DNA of 63,042 nucleotides, filler included, from Chiloscyllium plagiosum (Eukaryota), in assembly GCF_004010195.1 (NCBI RefSeq). It is 5 parts of one record of this genome, joined end to end, with 100 filler letters (N's around TTAATTAATTAA, not from the genome) between each part and the next. Parts side by side here need not be neighbours in the genome. Positions count along the whole stretch, not along the records: positions 42,878 to 54,556 come from NC_057713.1; positions 54,657 to 63,042 come from NC_057713.1; 3 more parts are not named here. One strand, 5' to 3'. A model generated the notes under the pieces. The model was not told the DNA's origin and ran no database searches. It saw nothing but the letters and a program-made list of their open reading frames with translations. Every line of letters starts with the position of its first letter. The first letter of the stretch is position 1. Of the stretch, positions 49,076 through 61,929 are shown one piece after another. The position numbers were made by a program, and so were the translations under genes.

Positions 49076-49420
49076 GGGCAGCATGGTGGCTCAGTGGTGA
49101 GCACTGCTGCCTCACAGCACCGGGGTCCTGGGTTTGATTCCAGCCTTGGGTGACTGTCTGTGTGGAGTTTGCACATTCTCTCCATGTCTGTGTGAGTTTC
49201 CTCCGGGTGCTCCAGTTTCCTCCCACAGTCCAAAGGTGTGCAGGTTTAGGTGGGTTGGCCATGCTTAATTGCTGATAGTGTTCAGGGGTGTGTAGGTTAG
49301 GTGCATTAGTCAGGGGTAAATGTCGAATAGTAGGAGAATGGGCCTGGGTGGGTTACTCTTCGGAAGATCAGTGCGGACTTGTTGGGCCGAAGGGCCTGTT
49401 TCCACATTGTCGGGATTCTC
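49076..49420 (+). mobile_element. HE1-type V-SINE
   Basis: gggcagcatggtggctcagtgg..V core..ggacttgttgggccgaagggcctgtttccaca. Confidence 0.85.
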
Positions 49421-49499
49421 TGATACAGCAACTACCTCTCAGCTGCTTAGATATATGGGAACACTACCCCCTGCATGATCCTGTCCAAGCCATTCACAT

Positions 49500-50225
49500 T
49501 CAATGGTGTTACCATCACTGAATCCCCCACTAACAATATCCTGAGGATTACCATTGACTAGAAACTCAATGGACTCACCACAGTGAACCTCTGATAGTGT
49601 GGCCCTCCCTCAGCACTGACCCTCTGACAGTAAACAGACCCTCCGCCATAAACACAGTGGCTACAAGAGCAAGTCAGAGGCTAGGAATATTGTGGTGAGT
49701 AACTCACCTCCTGACTCCCCAGAGCCTGTCCACCATCTCCAAGGCACAACTCAGGAGTGTGTTGGAATACTCCCCACTTGCCTGGATGAGGGCAGCTCTG
49801 ACAACACTCAAGAAGCTTAACATCATCCAGGACACAACAGTCTACATGTGTGGCACCACAATTCACAAACTGTGGAGAAGATACACTGCAGGAATTCCCC
49901 AAAGATCCTCCGACAGCACCTTCCAAACCTATGTCCATTTCCATCTAGAAGGACAAAGGTAGCAGGTACGTGGGAATACCACCCCCTGCAAGTTCCCCTC
50001 CAAGCCCCTCACCATCCTGACTTGGACATATATCGCCATTTCATCACTATCGCTGGGGTCAAAATCCTGGAATTCCCTCCCTCAGGGCATTGTGGGTGTA
50101 CCTACAGCACATGAACTGCAGCGGTTCAAGAAGGCAGCTCACCCCCACCTTCTCAAGGGGCAACTGGGGACGGGTAACAAATGCTGGGCCCAGCCAGCGA
50201 TGCCCATATCCCACAAGTGAATAAG
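49500..50225 (+). mobile_element. CR1-clade LINE family A, 3' part, with an inserted satellite fragment
   Basis: EYSPLAWMRAALTTLKKL peptide and full 3' tail. Satellite units at 49583-49646. Confidence 0.85.
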
Positions 50226-51112
50226 AAAGCCCTATTTCTGTTTTCGCCCCTTAACGTTTGATTTGTTTGCCCTAAGAACTATTGCTAATCTTGCTTTAAA
50301 ACATTCAATGGTTTGGCCTCAGCTGCTTTCTATGGTAGAGCACTGGGTAGGTGGGGGCTGAGTGATAATATCACTATTTATTATGTAGAAACCCAACGTA
50401 ATGTCCTGGGGCACAGATTCAAATCCTACTCAAGAAGATGGTGAAAAGTTGAGTTCAATAAAATTCTGGAATTAAGAATGTAAAGATGACCATATAGTCA
50501 TTGTCAATTGTTATAAACATCAATGTGGTTCACTAATTCCCTTTATTGAAAGAAATCTATTGGCAAGAAATTGAACTGGACTAACACTTTGAATACAGTA
50601 GCTATAATCGCAGGTCAGAGGCCAGAGATCCTGCAATGGATGTCTCGTTAGAGTCCTTACAGTGTGGAAACAGGCCCTTCAGCCCAACAAGTCCACACTG
50701 ACCTTCCGAAGAGCAACCCAGCCCCTTACATTTACCCCTGCACCTAACACTACGGGCAATTTAGCATGGCCAATTCACCTAACCTGCACATCTTTGGATC
50801 TCATCTCCTGATTCTGTGGTTTATTAGTTTATCTAGTCCACAGCCCAAAACTAAAACAAAGAAAAATATATGATCTTTCCAGGTTTCCCCTCGAAGGAAG
50901 GATGAAATACCTCTTCAAAATTACATTTCATCACCAGGTATATGACATACACAGAGCAACAAAGTGGGACTTACATTCATTCATCCTTACGCCTGCATTT
51001 TACAATTCTCATGGAATCTTTTAACATCTTTTAAATTCTTCACTCATTTCATCATTTTATATTTGGGATGAGGCATCTACGGTCACATAAGTCTAACCAG
51101 CAATGTAAGCAA

Positions 51113-51207
51113 AAAGAACAGAAGTCGCTGGAGAAGCGAAGCAGGTCTGGCAGCATTTGTGCAGAGAAATCAGTGTTAATGTTTCAGGTCCAGTGACCCT
51201 TCTTCAG
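51113..51207 (-). mobile_element. Short PLE-derived element (subfamily 2) with a hammerhead motif, 11-bp TSD
   Basis: AATGTAAGCAA at 51102-51112 and 51208-51218. The minus strand starts CTGAAGA-A-GGGTC-ACTG-GACCT-GAAA-CATT. Confidence 0.8.
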
Positions 51208-51889
51208 AATGTAAGCAATCACTACAATTGGATGGTTGAATCAATAGACTCCATCTGAACAGTCTTGCATTTTTCTTGCATTTATGGAATATGGGCATCA
51301 TTGATTAGTTCAGCATTTACTGCCCATCCCTAATTGTCCGGAGAGCAGTCAAGAGTCAACCACATTGTTGTGGGTCTGGAGTCAAATGTAGGCCAGACTG
51401 AGTAAGATTTCCTTCTTTAAAGGATATGAGTAAATCGAATAAGTGTTTTTTATGTTAATTGGCAGTGGTTACATGGATCAGACAGGCTGGCTCATTAACT
51501 ACACTCGAGGCTGAGACAGACATTTTCAATCAGGAAGGGGAATGGAGGGTGATGGGGAAAAGGCGGGAAAGTGGAGATAAGGATTATCAGATCAGCCATG
51601 ATGTCATTGGATAGCAGACTCAATGGGCTGAAGAGTCTACTCCTGCTCCATCATCATGAGTCAACATTAGACTAGCTTTTTAGTTCCAGGGATTTTGTTT
51701 ATTAATCAAATTCACATGTCACCATCTGCCATAATAGGGTTTGAACTAATGCTCTCCTAACACTAGCATTGGGCTCTGACTGGCGAGACATCACTGCACC
51801 ACTATCTTGAGTCACAAACTTTCCAACAAAAAGTATTTCCCAGAAACAGGAAATTCTCTTCCCTCTGTATTGGTCTTTATTTAAAGGTG

Positions 51890-52490
51890 GTTGGAGTGTA
51901 GGAGCCTGAAACTCTTACTGCAGCTGTACAAGGTGCTGTGAGATCACATCTAGAGGACTGTGAGCAGTTTAATTCCTTTATTTAAGGAAAGATGTTATTT
52001 CATTGGAGACAGTTCAGAGAGTCGGCGCTCGGATGATCCCTGGGATGGAGGGATTGTCTTATGAGCAAAGACTAAACAGGTTGGGACTTTATTCCCTGTG
52101 ATCTTATTGAAACCTCCAGGATTTTTAACAGACTTGACATAGTAAATGCTGAGAAGATGTTTCCCCTCATGGGAGACTGTAGGACCAGAACGCATGGTGC
52201 CAGAATAAAAAAGAACCCAATTTCAGACTGAGATGAAGGATTTCTTCTCTCAGAGGGTTGGGGGTCTTTGGAACTCCTTGTATCAGAGAGCTGTGGGGGG
52301 GACAGAGTCCTTGTGTATATTTAAGGCTGAGAACGATAGATTCTTGATCAGTCGGGGAATCAAAGGTTACTGGGAAAAGGTAGGAGTGTAGGGAGGAATG
52401 TTGGATCAGCTATGATCCTATTGAGTGGCAGAGCAAAGTCGAGGGGCCGAATGGCCTACTCCTGTTCCTATTTCATATGGTCCTATGGCC
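51890..52490 (+). mobile_element. CR1 LINE 3' portion
   Basis: cagctgtacaaggtgctg..ggagacagttcagag..ttctctcagagggttg..gaggggccgaatggcctactcctgttcctatttc. Confidence 0.8.
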
Positions 52491-52974
52491 TGTGGATAAT
52501 CTCTGATAAAACTCAATATCTGTATCCAAACGTTCAACTGGAAACAGAAAAGAAAATCAATTTCATTTTGTTCCGTAGTGAAGTTTTTTGCGTCAGTGTC
52601 TGAGACGTTATATTGAGTTAACCTCAGGTCAATGCTCTTTGGATTAGAGTCACTGGAATCTTCCACTGTTTGTAACCCAAGTTAAAAACTCCTGCAATCC
52701 TCCTGCAAGGCACAAACTAGAAACATTTCTCTACAAATCTAACTTCAGGTCTGTTTCCCTACTTCCAGCGGAAGTTGCTTGTGTTGTCACATGACTTCAT
52801 GCATATCCATTTCCTCAGACTGGTTACATCAAATGGCTGCTTCCTTTCATTAGATAGTAGCCCTTCCCTGGAGCCTCTGTCACTATGAGCCATCACATCA
52901 GTCCTGAAAATCTGTTTCCAGAGATTCACTTCCTAACTGTTGTCCTGAGCGATATATGCCCACTGTGTCTCCCT

Positions 52975-53320
52975 TATTCATTTACAAAACGAGGTTGTCA
53001 TTGACTAGGCAGCATTTATTGCCCATCCCTAATCACCCAGAGAACAATTAAGAGAAAACCAGATTGCTGTAGGTCTGGAGTCACACATAGGCCAGACCCA
53101 GGTAAGGACAGCAGATTTCCTTCCCTCAAGGACATTAATGAACCAGATGTGTTTTTGTGACAATGGATTTATGGTCAGCATTAGATTCTTAATTCCCGGT
53201 ATTTATTGAATTCAAATTCATCTTCATCTGTCGTGGTGGGATTTGAACCCAGGTGCCCAGAATGGTATCTGGATCTCTGGATTAACAACCCAGCCATAAT
53301 ACCACTAGGCCATCGCCCAT
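52975..53320 (-). mobile_element. LF-SINE-like element
   Basis: gcatttattgcccatccctaat..ggtctggagtcacacataggccagacc..gaaccagatg..ggatttgaaccc. Confidence 0.8.
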
Positions 53321-54655
53321 CCTAAAGCAACAAATTTAAACTTTCTCACCCTTTCTGTTCATCCAAATCCTTTTGTTCGTCAGGTCATCAATCAGGGTGA
53401 GGAATTGGAATCACAGTTCCAGAACTGAGTTTGATGATTCTGATTTAACGTTCATCGACCTGTGCCTCAAACGTTAACCATTTCCCGAATGTAGGCCCTG
53501 ATCCTCTTTTTCAGTGTCACTGGGGAATTTGCTCCATTTCAAAGCCTTTATCAGGCACTCTGGAAATATCAATATTACCAGACTCCAGTGTAACGGATCT
53601 ACACTGGATTCGAAAGGAGAATTTGTCACAGGAGAAATTGTCTTCGATCCTTTTAGTTGTACAGGGCTGTGCGCATATCTTTAGTCACGCCCTTATTGAG
53701 CAAAGTTGTCATTTCCAGAACACAGCCTGAATGAGAGAGATCTGCCTCTGTGCAGACTGATAAAGGATGTTCAATGACATTGTGTTCATTTTATTGAACA
53801 GAATTACACTGCACCTCCTTTTTCTACACAGTGAGCAGAATTATGACTTCCTGAGCACAGCAATCAAAATTCAAACCCATTGACACAGATGGGTCTGCTA
53901 TTGGACACCAAACAGTCCTTTCATTTTCCTCTGAATGAACAAACCTCTCTTGCATATCTTTTATTATATAAATTATGCATTCCACATTCCTTCTTTAGGG
54001 CTTTGGATTCAATATTGTCCCCCCTTGTTTCAAATAAAACAATGATTTCTTTACCATTTTTAGAAATTTCCTCTGAATTGACTTAGTTGAATAGTTTCTC
54101 AGAAAACTGGTGTTGTCATTAAAGGCGCTGGTTTGATCACATTTTGATGTTTATAAAGGTAAACCATAGTCCTACCAGACAGAAAAGACATCGATACTAG
54201 AGATAGAGAAAGAAAAATCATCAGGGAAGACGGAGTAATCTCTCCAACTGGACCACAGCACTTGATGAGTTGACTTCTGTCTCTTCCTTTCAATTCCTTT
54301 GAAACTCTGTGCAATAGGATGGGGCTGTTTGCACTCCAAAGCTACCTTTCTAGGTGTTCTTTCAAATCTTTCTCTAAAAGTGTTCCATAATCTGTTCAAC
54401 AGAGTGGTTGCAGAGAAAGGTGAGGGGGAGGCAGCTCAAAATTACTGGCACCTTTCCAGGGCCCCACATACAGGGAGAGAGAGACTCTATTGTTTTCAAT
54501 GCTTTCTCTTTGCAGGTTAACTGTTTCTCTACTGCACTGTCCCTCACCCCCCCCCCNNNNNNNNNNNNNNNNNNNNNNNNNNNNNNNNNNNNNNNNNNNN
54601 TTAATTAATTAANNNNNNNNNNNNNNNNNNNNNNNNNNNNNNNNNNNNNNNNNNN

Positions 54656-54987
54656 NCAACATGACCTCCCAACTCCTGTACTCAATATTCTGACCAATAA
54701 AGGAAAGCATACCAAATGCCACCTTCACTATCCTATCTACCTGTGACTCCACTTTCAAGGATCTATGAACCTGCACTCCAAGGTCTCTTTGTTCAGCAAC
54801 ACTCCCTAGGACCTTACCATTAAGTGTATAAGTCCTGCTAAGATTTACTTTCCCAAAATGCAGCATCTCACACTTATCTAAATTAAACTCCATCTGCCAC
54901 TTCTCAGCCCATTGGCCCATCTGGTCCAGATCCTGTTGCAATCTGAGGTAACCCTCTTCGCTGTCCACTACACCTTAAATTTTGGTG
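54656..54987 (-). mobile_element. Young CR1 (HER1-like) RT fragment
   Basis: LQQDLDQMGQWAEKWQMEFNLDKCEMLHFG..QRDLGVQV. Confidence 0.9.
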
Positions 54988-55874
54988 TTACATGGGTTCA
55001 AATCCTACCATACAATCTGCATTCAACCAAAAATCTGGAATTAAAATGCTAACTGAATAATGTGATGGACAAAATCCCATCTGGTTCACTAGTGCCCTTC
55101 TAGGAAAGGAACCTGCTGCCTGCCCCTATTCTGTGTGATTTCCGATCCTCCGCAATGTGCTTGACACTTTAACTGCCCTCTGGGCAATAAACACTAGCAA
55201 TACCAAAATCCCAGGGATAAAAACAAAGGGATGAGGTGCTGCTAAAGAAATCGCAGATTGGTGAGAGATGAAGGATTTGTTCCTTCTTAATACATTTGCA
55301 GTTGTCAGTTTGTGAGCTGCTGTGCTCTCAAACAGTGGAACGCACATAAATTCCTAAGTTTAGGTAAAGTGTTTCAATATAATTTTCTTATGTGTTTCCA
55401 CACCATAACTAGGCTGTGAAGACTGTAAATGTGATTCTCTGTAGATTTGCTGCTCCCTTGGTAGGAATTACCATCCCCTCAGAACTCCTGTGTCCAATAT
55501 GAAAAATGCAACAAACAATAGCAACACATGATTTTCCAACAGCACTCCCTGTTTCTCTTTAATCCGGAACTGATGAATGTACGGACTTTAAAAACATACA
55601 GACAAAAACAAACTGTCCCCTCACATTGCTCTGCATTCAGTGCAAGCTACATCTATGTTTATTCAATTCCCTCAATTCTTTTAACCTCTGCCTATCTCTG
55701 TGATCTCTCCATCCCTCACAGCCCTCCGTGTTCCTCCAGCTTTTGATCTGTACCCATTCCTGATTTCCACCAATCTGCCATTGATGGCCATGCCTTCAGC
55801 TGCCTAGGGCTCCACACCCCTGGAATTCCCTGCCTGGACCTCTCCGCGTCCCCCTCTCTCCTCCTTTTTTGCGA

Positions 55875-56272
55875 TTTATTCATCTTGTGGGATGTGGGCA
55901 TCGCTGGCTGGGCCAGCGTTTATCGCCCATCCCTAGTTGACCTTGAGAAGGTGGGGGTGAGATTGGTACAGTTGAATGGCTTGCCAGGCCTTTTCAGAGG
56001 GCAACTGAGAGTCAACCACACTGCTGTGGGTCTGGAGTCACATGTAGGCCAGAGCAGGTATGGGTGGCAGAGTTCCTTCCTTTAGTGAAGGACATTAGTG
56101 TACCAGATGGGTTTTTCCAGCAATGATTACATGGTCATCAGTAGATTCTTAATTCCAGATTTTTTAAAAAATTCACTTGGTGGTGGCGAGTCAAACCTGG
56201 GTCCCCAGAACATTAGCTGGGTCACTGGATTAATAGTCTAGTGATAATATCACTAGGCCATTGCCCTCCCCA
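55875..56272 (-). mobile_element. LF-SINE-like element
   Basis: agagtcaaccacactgctgtgggtctggagtcacatgtaggccaga..accagatgggttttt. Confidence 0.8.
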
Positions 56273-56404
56273 GTGCATTCCTGATGAAGGGCTCTGGCAT
56301 AAAACGTTGATTTTCCTGCTCCTCGGATGCTGCCTGACCTGCTGTGCTTTTCCAGCAACACCCTCTAAATTCTGATCTTCAGCATCTGCAGTCCTCACTG
56401 TCTC
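56273..56404 (+). mobile_element. Short PLE-derived element, 15-bp TSD with one mismatch
   Basis: CCATTGCC(C/T)TCCCCA at 56258-56272 and 56405-56419. It starts attcctgatgaagggc, with a decayed stem II. Confidence 0.8.
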
Positions 56405-57024
56405 CCATTGCCTTCCCCACCTGCTGCTCCTCAAATCAACTGACACTTGGGATGGAAAGGTTAGATACACTTGGCCCGTACCCACTGGAGTTCAGCAGAG
56501 TGAGAAGTTAAATAGATGGGGGGATTTGACACGGTGCACACCGAGAAATGTTCTCCCTGTGAGAGATGGGATCTAACGGACACAGTTTAAAAATCAATTG
56601 TGTCCCATTGAGGTCAGCGATGAGGGGAACATTTTTCTCTCCAGTGATAACGAGCCTGTAGAATTCTCTAACCCAACAAACAGTGGAGGTGGGGGTCACT
56701 GAGTAGGTTTAAGGCTGAGGGAGACAGATTCTTAACGAGAATGGGAGCCCAATCTTTTCCAAGATAAGCAGCAATGTAAAGTTGATGCCACAGTCAGGAC
56801 TTTACAGTGAATGGTGGTGCAGGCTTCAGGGCCTTACCAGGCCAAGAGACTAGTGACCACTTAACCTCAGGCAAGGGGGGAGGTCAAGAAGGAACGTTCT
56901 TTATAACTACCTCAAGCAGGGATGAGAATTGAACCCATGCTGTTTGCATCATGTTACCTTCCAAGCTAACCTTCCAGCCAACTGAGCTAAACTGACTCCT
57001 AACCTTAGAGCAGCTAATACATGA

Positions 57025-57640
57025 AATAAATACAGTGGTTCCAAGGGCAGGTCAGAGGCTATGAATACTGCAGTGAGGAACTCACCTCCAGCCTCGCCAA
57101 AGCCTGCCCACCATCTACAAGGCACGAGTCAGGAGTGTGATGGAATACTCCCCACTTGCCTGGATGGGGGCAGCTCCAACAACACTCAAGAAGCTGCATA
57201 CCATCCAGGACAAAGCAGCTGCTTGATTGGCACCACATCCTCAAGCATCCACTCCCTCAACCACCGGTGCTCGGTAGCAGCAGTGTGTACCATCTACAAG
57301 ATGCACTGCAGAAATTCACCAAAGATCCTCAGACAGCACCTTCCAAACCCACGGCCACTTCCATCTAAATGGACAAGGGCAGCAGATACATGGGAATCCC
57401 ATCCCCTGCAAGTTCCCCTCCAGGCCCCTCACCATCCTGACTTGGAAATATATCGCTGTTCCTCCAGTGTCCCTGGGTCAAGATCCAGGAATTCCCTCCC
57501 GAAGGGCATTGTGGGTCTACCCACAGCACATGGACTGCAGCGGTTCAAGAAGGCAGCTCACCCCCACCTTCTCAAGGGGCAACTAGGGACGGGGCAATAA
57601 ATAATCAGAGACACTCACATTCCAAAAATGAATAAAAATA
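57025..57640 (+). mobile_element. CR1-clade LINE family A, 3' part
   Basis: IHSLNHRCSVAAVCTIYKMHCRNSPKILRQHLPNPRPL peptide and a tail ending aatgaataaaaa. Confidence 0.85.
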
Positions 57641-58089
57641 CACTCTAAATAAATAGATCCACGCTGAATGGGGCAGAGGAATTGACATCATAATCTAACT
57701 AAGGATGGATAATAAAGACAAACTTGCTGAATTTGTTTTGTGTCATTGTGCATGGAAAAGCAAACCAATCACTGCACTTGGTAAGGTTTGTGTTTACAGA
57801 TCATCCTCGATTAGATTCGTGTTCCCTGGAACATGAAATGTTAGCGAATTATTCAATTGAGGCTTTTATAGATTTTGAAAGGATTTGATAGGTGAACAGG
57901 CAGAAATTTCCTTTGCATGCTGGGGTGTTGGGGAAGAGCTGGACAAAACTTTAAAATGGAAATCAACTACTGAGCTGGGAAGTGAGACAACCCCTTACCA
58001 CTAAAAGGAAGTTCTGTTTCGAAAACATGGACAATGGCAGCACAAATAGGCCATTTGGCCCTTTGTGCCTGCTCTCCCATTCATTACAA

Positions 58090-58369
58090 TTAGATTCGAT
58101 TACTTACAGTGTGGAAATAGGCCCTTCGGCCCAACAAGTCCACACCAACCCGCAACCCTCCCAGACCCATTCCCCTACACCTTACACTATGGGCAATTTA
58201 GCATGGCCAATTCACCTAACCTGCACATTTTTGGATTGTGGGAGGAAACCGACACAGACACAGGGAGAATGAGCAAACTCCACACAGAGAGTCACCTGAG
58301 GCGGGAATTGAACTCTGGTCCCTGGCGCTGTGAGGCAGCAGTGCTAATCACTGTACCACTGTGCCGCCC
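58090..58369 (-). mobile_element. HE1-type V-SINE
   Basis: Reverse complement of the 9342-9655 type element. Confidence 0.85.
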
Positions 58370-59066
58370 AACTCTGTCCCGACTTGCACCCCAAACCCTT
58401 CAGCCTCAATGACCACATCGAGCTCCTTCCTGAAAATGCTAAACTCCCCCTATAAAGGAGAACTCCACGGGATCCTCAGCTCTCAGGCAAATAAATCCCA
58501 CCCCAGCCCGGTCCCAAACAGTCACCCTGCTCCATCCCCTCCCAGACCACTAGACCCATCCTATCTTTACAGCAAGGAAAGAGGCCCTTCGGCCCTTCAG
58601 GTCCGTGTCGGTCATCAAGCACCAATCCACTTTAATCCCATTTTCCATCTCTGGGGTCATGGCCTTGTGTGCTATGATCATCGATATAGTTCTGAGGGTT
58701 GCCGTCTCTACTGCCCTTCCATACAGTGAGTTCCAGATCCCCACAACCCTTTGGGTGAAAACGATGCCCAAATCTCCTCTGAAACCTCTGAAAATCCTTG
58801 CTTGAAAACGGTGCCTCCAGTTATTGGCCTGTCTGCTCAGGTGAAAAGTTTCTCTAACTCTACCCTCTTTATGCCCCTCAGAAATTTGCAGACCTCAACC
58901 ATCTCTGCTCTAAGGAAGCTGACCTCACCTTGTCTCTCTTAATCGCTGACTCAATCCAACCCAACAATGGTCTGAAGACGAGTCACTGGACCCGAAATAT
59001 TAATTCTACTTTCTCCCTCAGATGCAGCCAGACCTGCTGAATTTCTCCACCAACCTCTGTTTCTGT

Positions 59067-59308
59067 CGCCTCAGGCGACTGACTGTGTGGAGTTTGCACA
59101 TTCTCCCCGTGTCTGCGTGGGTTTCCTCCGGGTGCTCCGGTTTCCTCCCACAGTCTAAAGATGTGCAGGTCAGGTGAATTGGCCATGTTAAATTGCCTGT
59201 AGTGTTAGGTAAGGGGTAAATGTAGGGGAATGGGTCTGGGTGGGTTGCGTGTCGGTGTGGACTTGTTGGGCCGAAGGGCCTGTTTCCACACTAAGTAATC
59301 TAATCTAA
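59067..59308 (+). mobile_element. HE1-type V-SINE (5' truncated)
   Basis: V core plus a taatctaatcta tail. Confidence 0.85.
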
Positions 59309-59512
59309 CTCTTGTATTCAATGCCTTGACTAATAAAGGCAAGTATTCCATTTGCTTTCTTATCCACCTTCCCTCTGACCCTCTGTACTCCCAGGGTCCT
59401 ACCTTTCATCATTAACTCCCTTGCCTTATTCATCACCTCACACAATTAATTTCCATTTGCCACTGTACAATCCCATCTGACCAGCCCATCTGTATCAGCC
59501 TGTAGTCTAAGT

Positions 59513-59758
59513 GGGTGGCACGGTGGCACAGTGGTTAGCACTGCTGCCTCACAGCGCCAGAGACCCGGGNNNNNNNNNNNNNNNNNNNNNNNNNNNNNNN
59601 NNNNNNNNNNNNNNNNNNNNNNNNNNNNNNNNNNNNNNNNNNNNNNNNNNNNNNNNNNNNNNNNNNNNNNNNNNNNNNNNNNNNNNNNNNNNNNNNNNNN
59701 NNNNNNTGGACTTGTTGGGCCGAAGGGCCTGTTTCCACACTGTAAGTAATCTAATCTA
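59513..59758 (+). mobile_element. HE1-type V-SINE spanning an N gap
   Basis: Head gggtggcacggtggcacagtggttagcac and tail gtaagtaatctaatctaa. Confidence 0.85.
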
Positions 59759-60350
59759 AAAAAAAGTTCCCACCAAATTTCATTTCATCTGTTAGTTGGT
59801 GATCATGCCCCTTACCGTACCGTGCACAACAAACAGCAAGGGATCTAGCTCTGAACACGATGGTACACCACTGAACCCAGGCCTCCAGCCACAACATCAT
59901 TCTTTGACCACTGCCCTCTGCTTCCCATCAGTTCTGGATGCAATCTGCCAAAATGCTCTGATTCCATGGGCACTTAGTTACTTAACCAATCTGCCATGCA
60001 AGACCTTGTCAAAAGCCTTACTGAAGTCCACATAACCTACATCCACTGCAACACCTGCACACAACTCCTTGAAAAATTCATTCAAATCAAACAGAATTTT
60101 CTTCCAGAAACTGCAATCCAATTTACAATTCTACATCGGAAACCAACGAGAGTAAATGAAATCAAATACCATTTCATCAGAAGGGAGGCTAGATTCAAGT
60201 GGTCGGACAGACCCTGCTGTTCTAATACTCAGTCTGGATTCCCTAGAAGAGTACACATTATTAAACCAGCTTTAAAAGAGGAGGGTTGCTGGCCCAGAGA
60301 TAGTTTTCAACAATTCGCATCATCAAAACAACATGGTTCATCTCAAATAC

Positions 60351-60466
60351 CTGCAATTCTGTTTGGAAGAAAAACTTCTGTGGGCACTGTGAACAGTCGT
60401 AGATCTTGTCCTCCTGCCCATGGGCAGAAAAAATATGATGTTGCAACTTGCTCGCTTGAACAAACA
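60351..60466 (-). CDS. ZNF521: Internal (penultimate-type) coding exon of a ZNF521/ZNF423-family multi-C2H2 zinc-finger gene
   Basis: The minus strand reads ttctttgtcatttctttcctgtccAG|TGTTTGTTCAAGCG...GAATTGCAG|GTatttg: polypyrimidine tract, AG at 60468-60467, GT at 60350-60349, 116 bp. It translates (V)[38 protein letters not shown], nearly identical to the remembered C-terminus of ZNF521 ([27 protein letters not shown]...) and ZNF423 (...[17 protein letters not shown]...). FSAH favours ZNF521, but the paralog assignment is uncertain. Confidence 0.9.
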
Positions 60467-60549
60467 CTGGACAGGAAAGAAATGACAAAGAATTAATGGA
60501 CTGTCCCATAAGATGCAGCACTCACTTATAGACACAAGTGTTATGTGTG

Positions 60550-60985
60550 CCACACTCATACACACACACATACATGCAGACTCACACACACACACACATA
60601 CATGCAGTCTCACACACACACATACACGTAGGCACACACACACAGACACACATACACACATACAAGCAGACACACATACACGCAGACACACACAAACACA
60701 CACATACATGCAGATACACACACAAACATACACGCATACACACGCTCTCACACACACAGACACAAACATACTCACACATAAACATACACACTCTCACACA
60801 TACATACACTCACACACACACACACAAACACGCAAACACATACTCATGTACACACACAAACTACATGCATGTTGAAACACTCATATACAAACTCACACAC
60901 ACAAAACATACACAAACACACAAATTCCCACATATACACAAACTCACACATACAAACACACTCACACATGCTCACACACACTCAG
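60550..60985. repeat. Degenerate (CA)n microsatellite upstream (minus sense) of the exon acceptor
   Basis: About 430 bp of cacaca/cata. It gives the spurious His/Thr- and Cys/Val-rich ORFs. Confidence 0.95.
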
Positions 60986-61929
60986 TCATGCATTCATTTC
61001 TATACACATTCATTCTAATGCTGCTCAGTAACTCCACGATGTTGTTATGTTACATTTACTGTACTGTTATAACAGCTCATTTCACTCAACTGACCCATTT
61101 ATGCTCCACGTTGGCATTTTTTCCCTCTTCCTTTCATTCCTCTAACTATTTCTCCACTTTAATTTGGATAATATTTACAAATTCTATTTGTTTTCTATGT
61201 CCTACTCATTCTGCAGTCACATGAATCTCTCAGTCCTGCTCTTATCTGCTTTGCAGACTTGTCCTTGCTCTGATGGCTACTGCAGCTCCTGTCTCAGTTA
61301 ATGCTGGGCATTGCTGTTTGACCTGAAGCTCACTTTTACTAACAGTTGTCTGCTTTGCATCTTATAGTGACTCGCTGTACAGGAGGCCATTCGGCCCACA
61401 GTAGCTGAGCTGGCTCTTTGAAAAAACTCTCCAATTAGTCTCACTCTCCCACTGTTTGCACACCCATAACCCTGAAAGTATTTCCTTTTAAATATTTACC
61501 AATCCCCTTATTCAAGTCACCATTGAAGATGCACCCACTGTCTATCAGGCAGCAAGTTCCAGATCATAACAATTTGCTGTTTAACAAATCTTTGCCCAAC
61601 TCCCCCTCGGACGCTTTTTTCAATTATCTGAAACCTGTGGCCTCTGGTCACCAATGCCCTGCCATTTCAAATCATTCTTTCTGATTTATACTTTTCAACT
61701 CACTGCCTGAGAACTATTTAAATGTGCACTTGCAAAGCCAAGGATAACTGCTGAAAAATGGGCTCACAATAGTTCTATGGTTATTTTCAACTGTCACAGA
61801 CTTGATGGGCTGAAGGGTCTTTTCCTGTGCTGTAGATCTCTATGACGCCTTGAATCATACAGCACAGAAGAGGCCTTTCAGCCCATCGAATGCATGCCAC
61901 CAAAGGTACACCACTAACTACACTTGTGT

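Noticed and set aside
55375..55440. Minus-strand AG followed by NHIYSLHS as the missing terminal exon
   Set aside because: The H-x4-H spacing fits, but the upstream sequence is purine-rich with no polypyrimidine tract and a competing AG 2 nt away. Probably chance.
59996..60496. 166-aa plus-strand ORF
   Set aside because: It starts in a CR1 relic and runs antisense to the real exon, with no recognisable domain.
60338..61224. His/Thr-rich and Cys/Val-rich ORFs
   Set aside because: They are translations of the (CA)n microsatellite.
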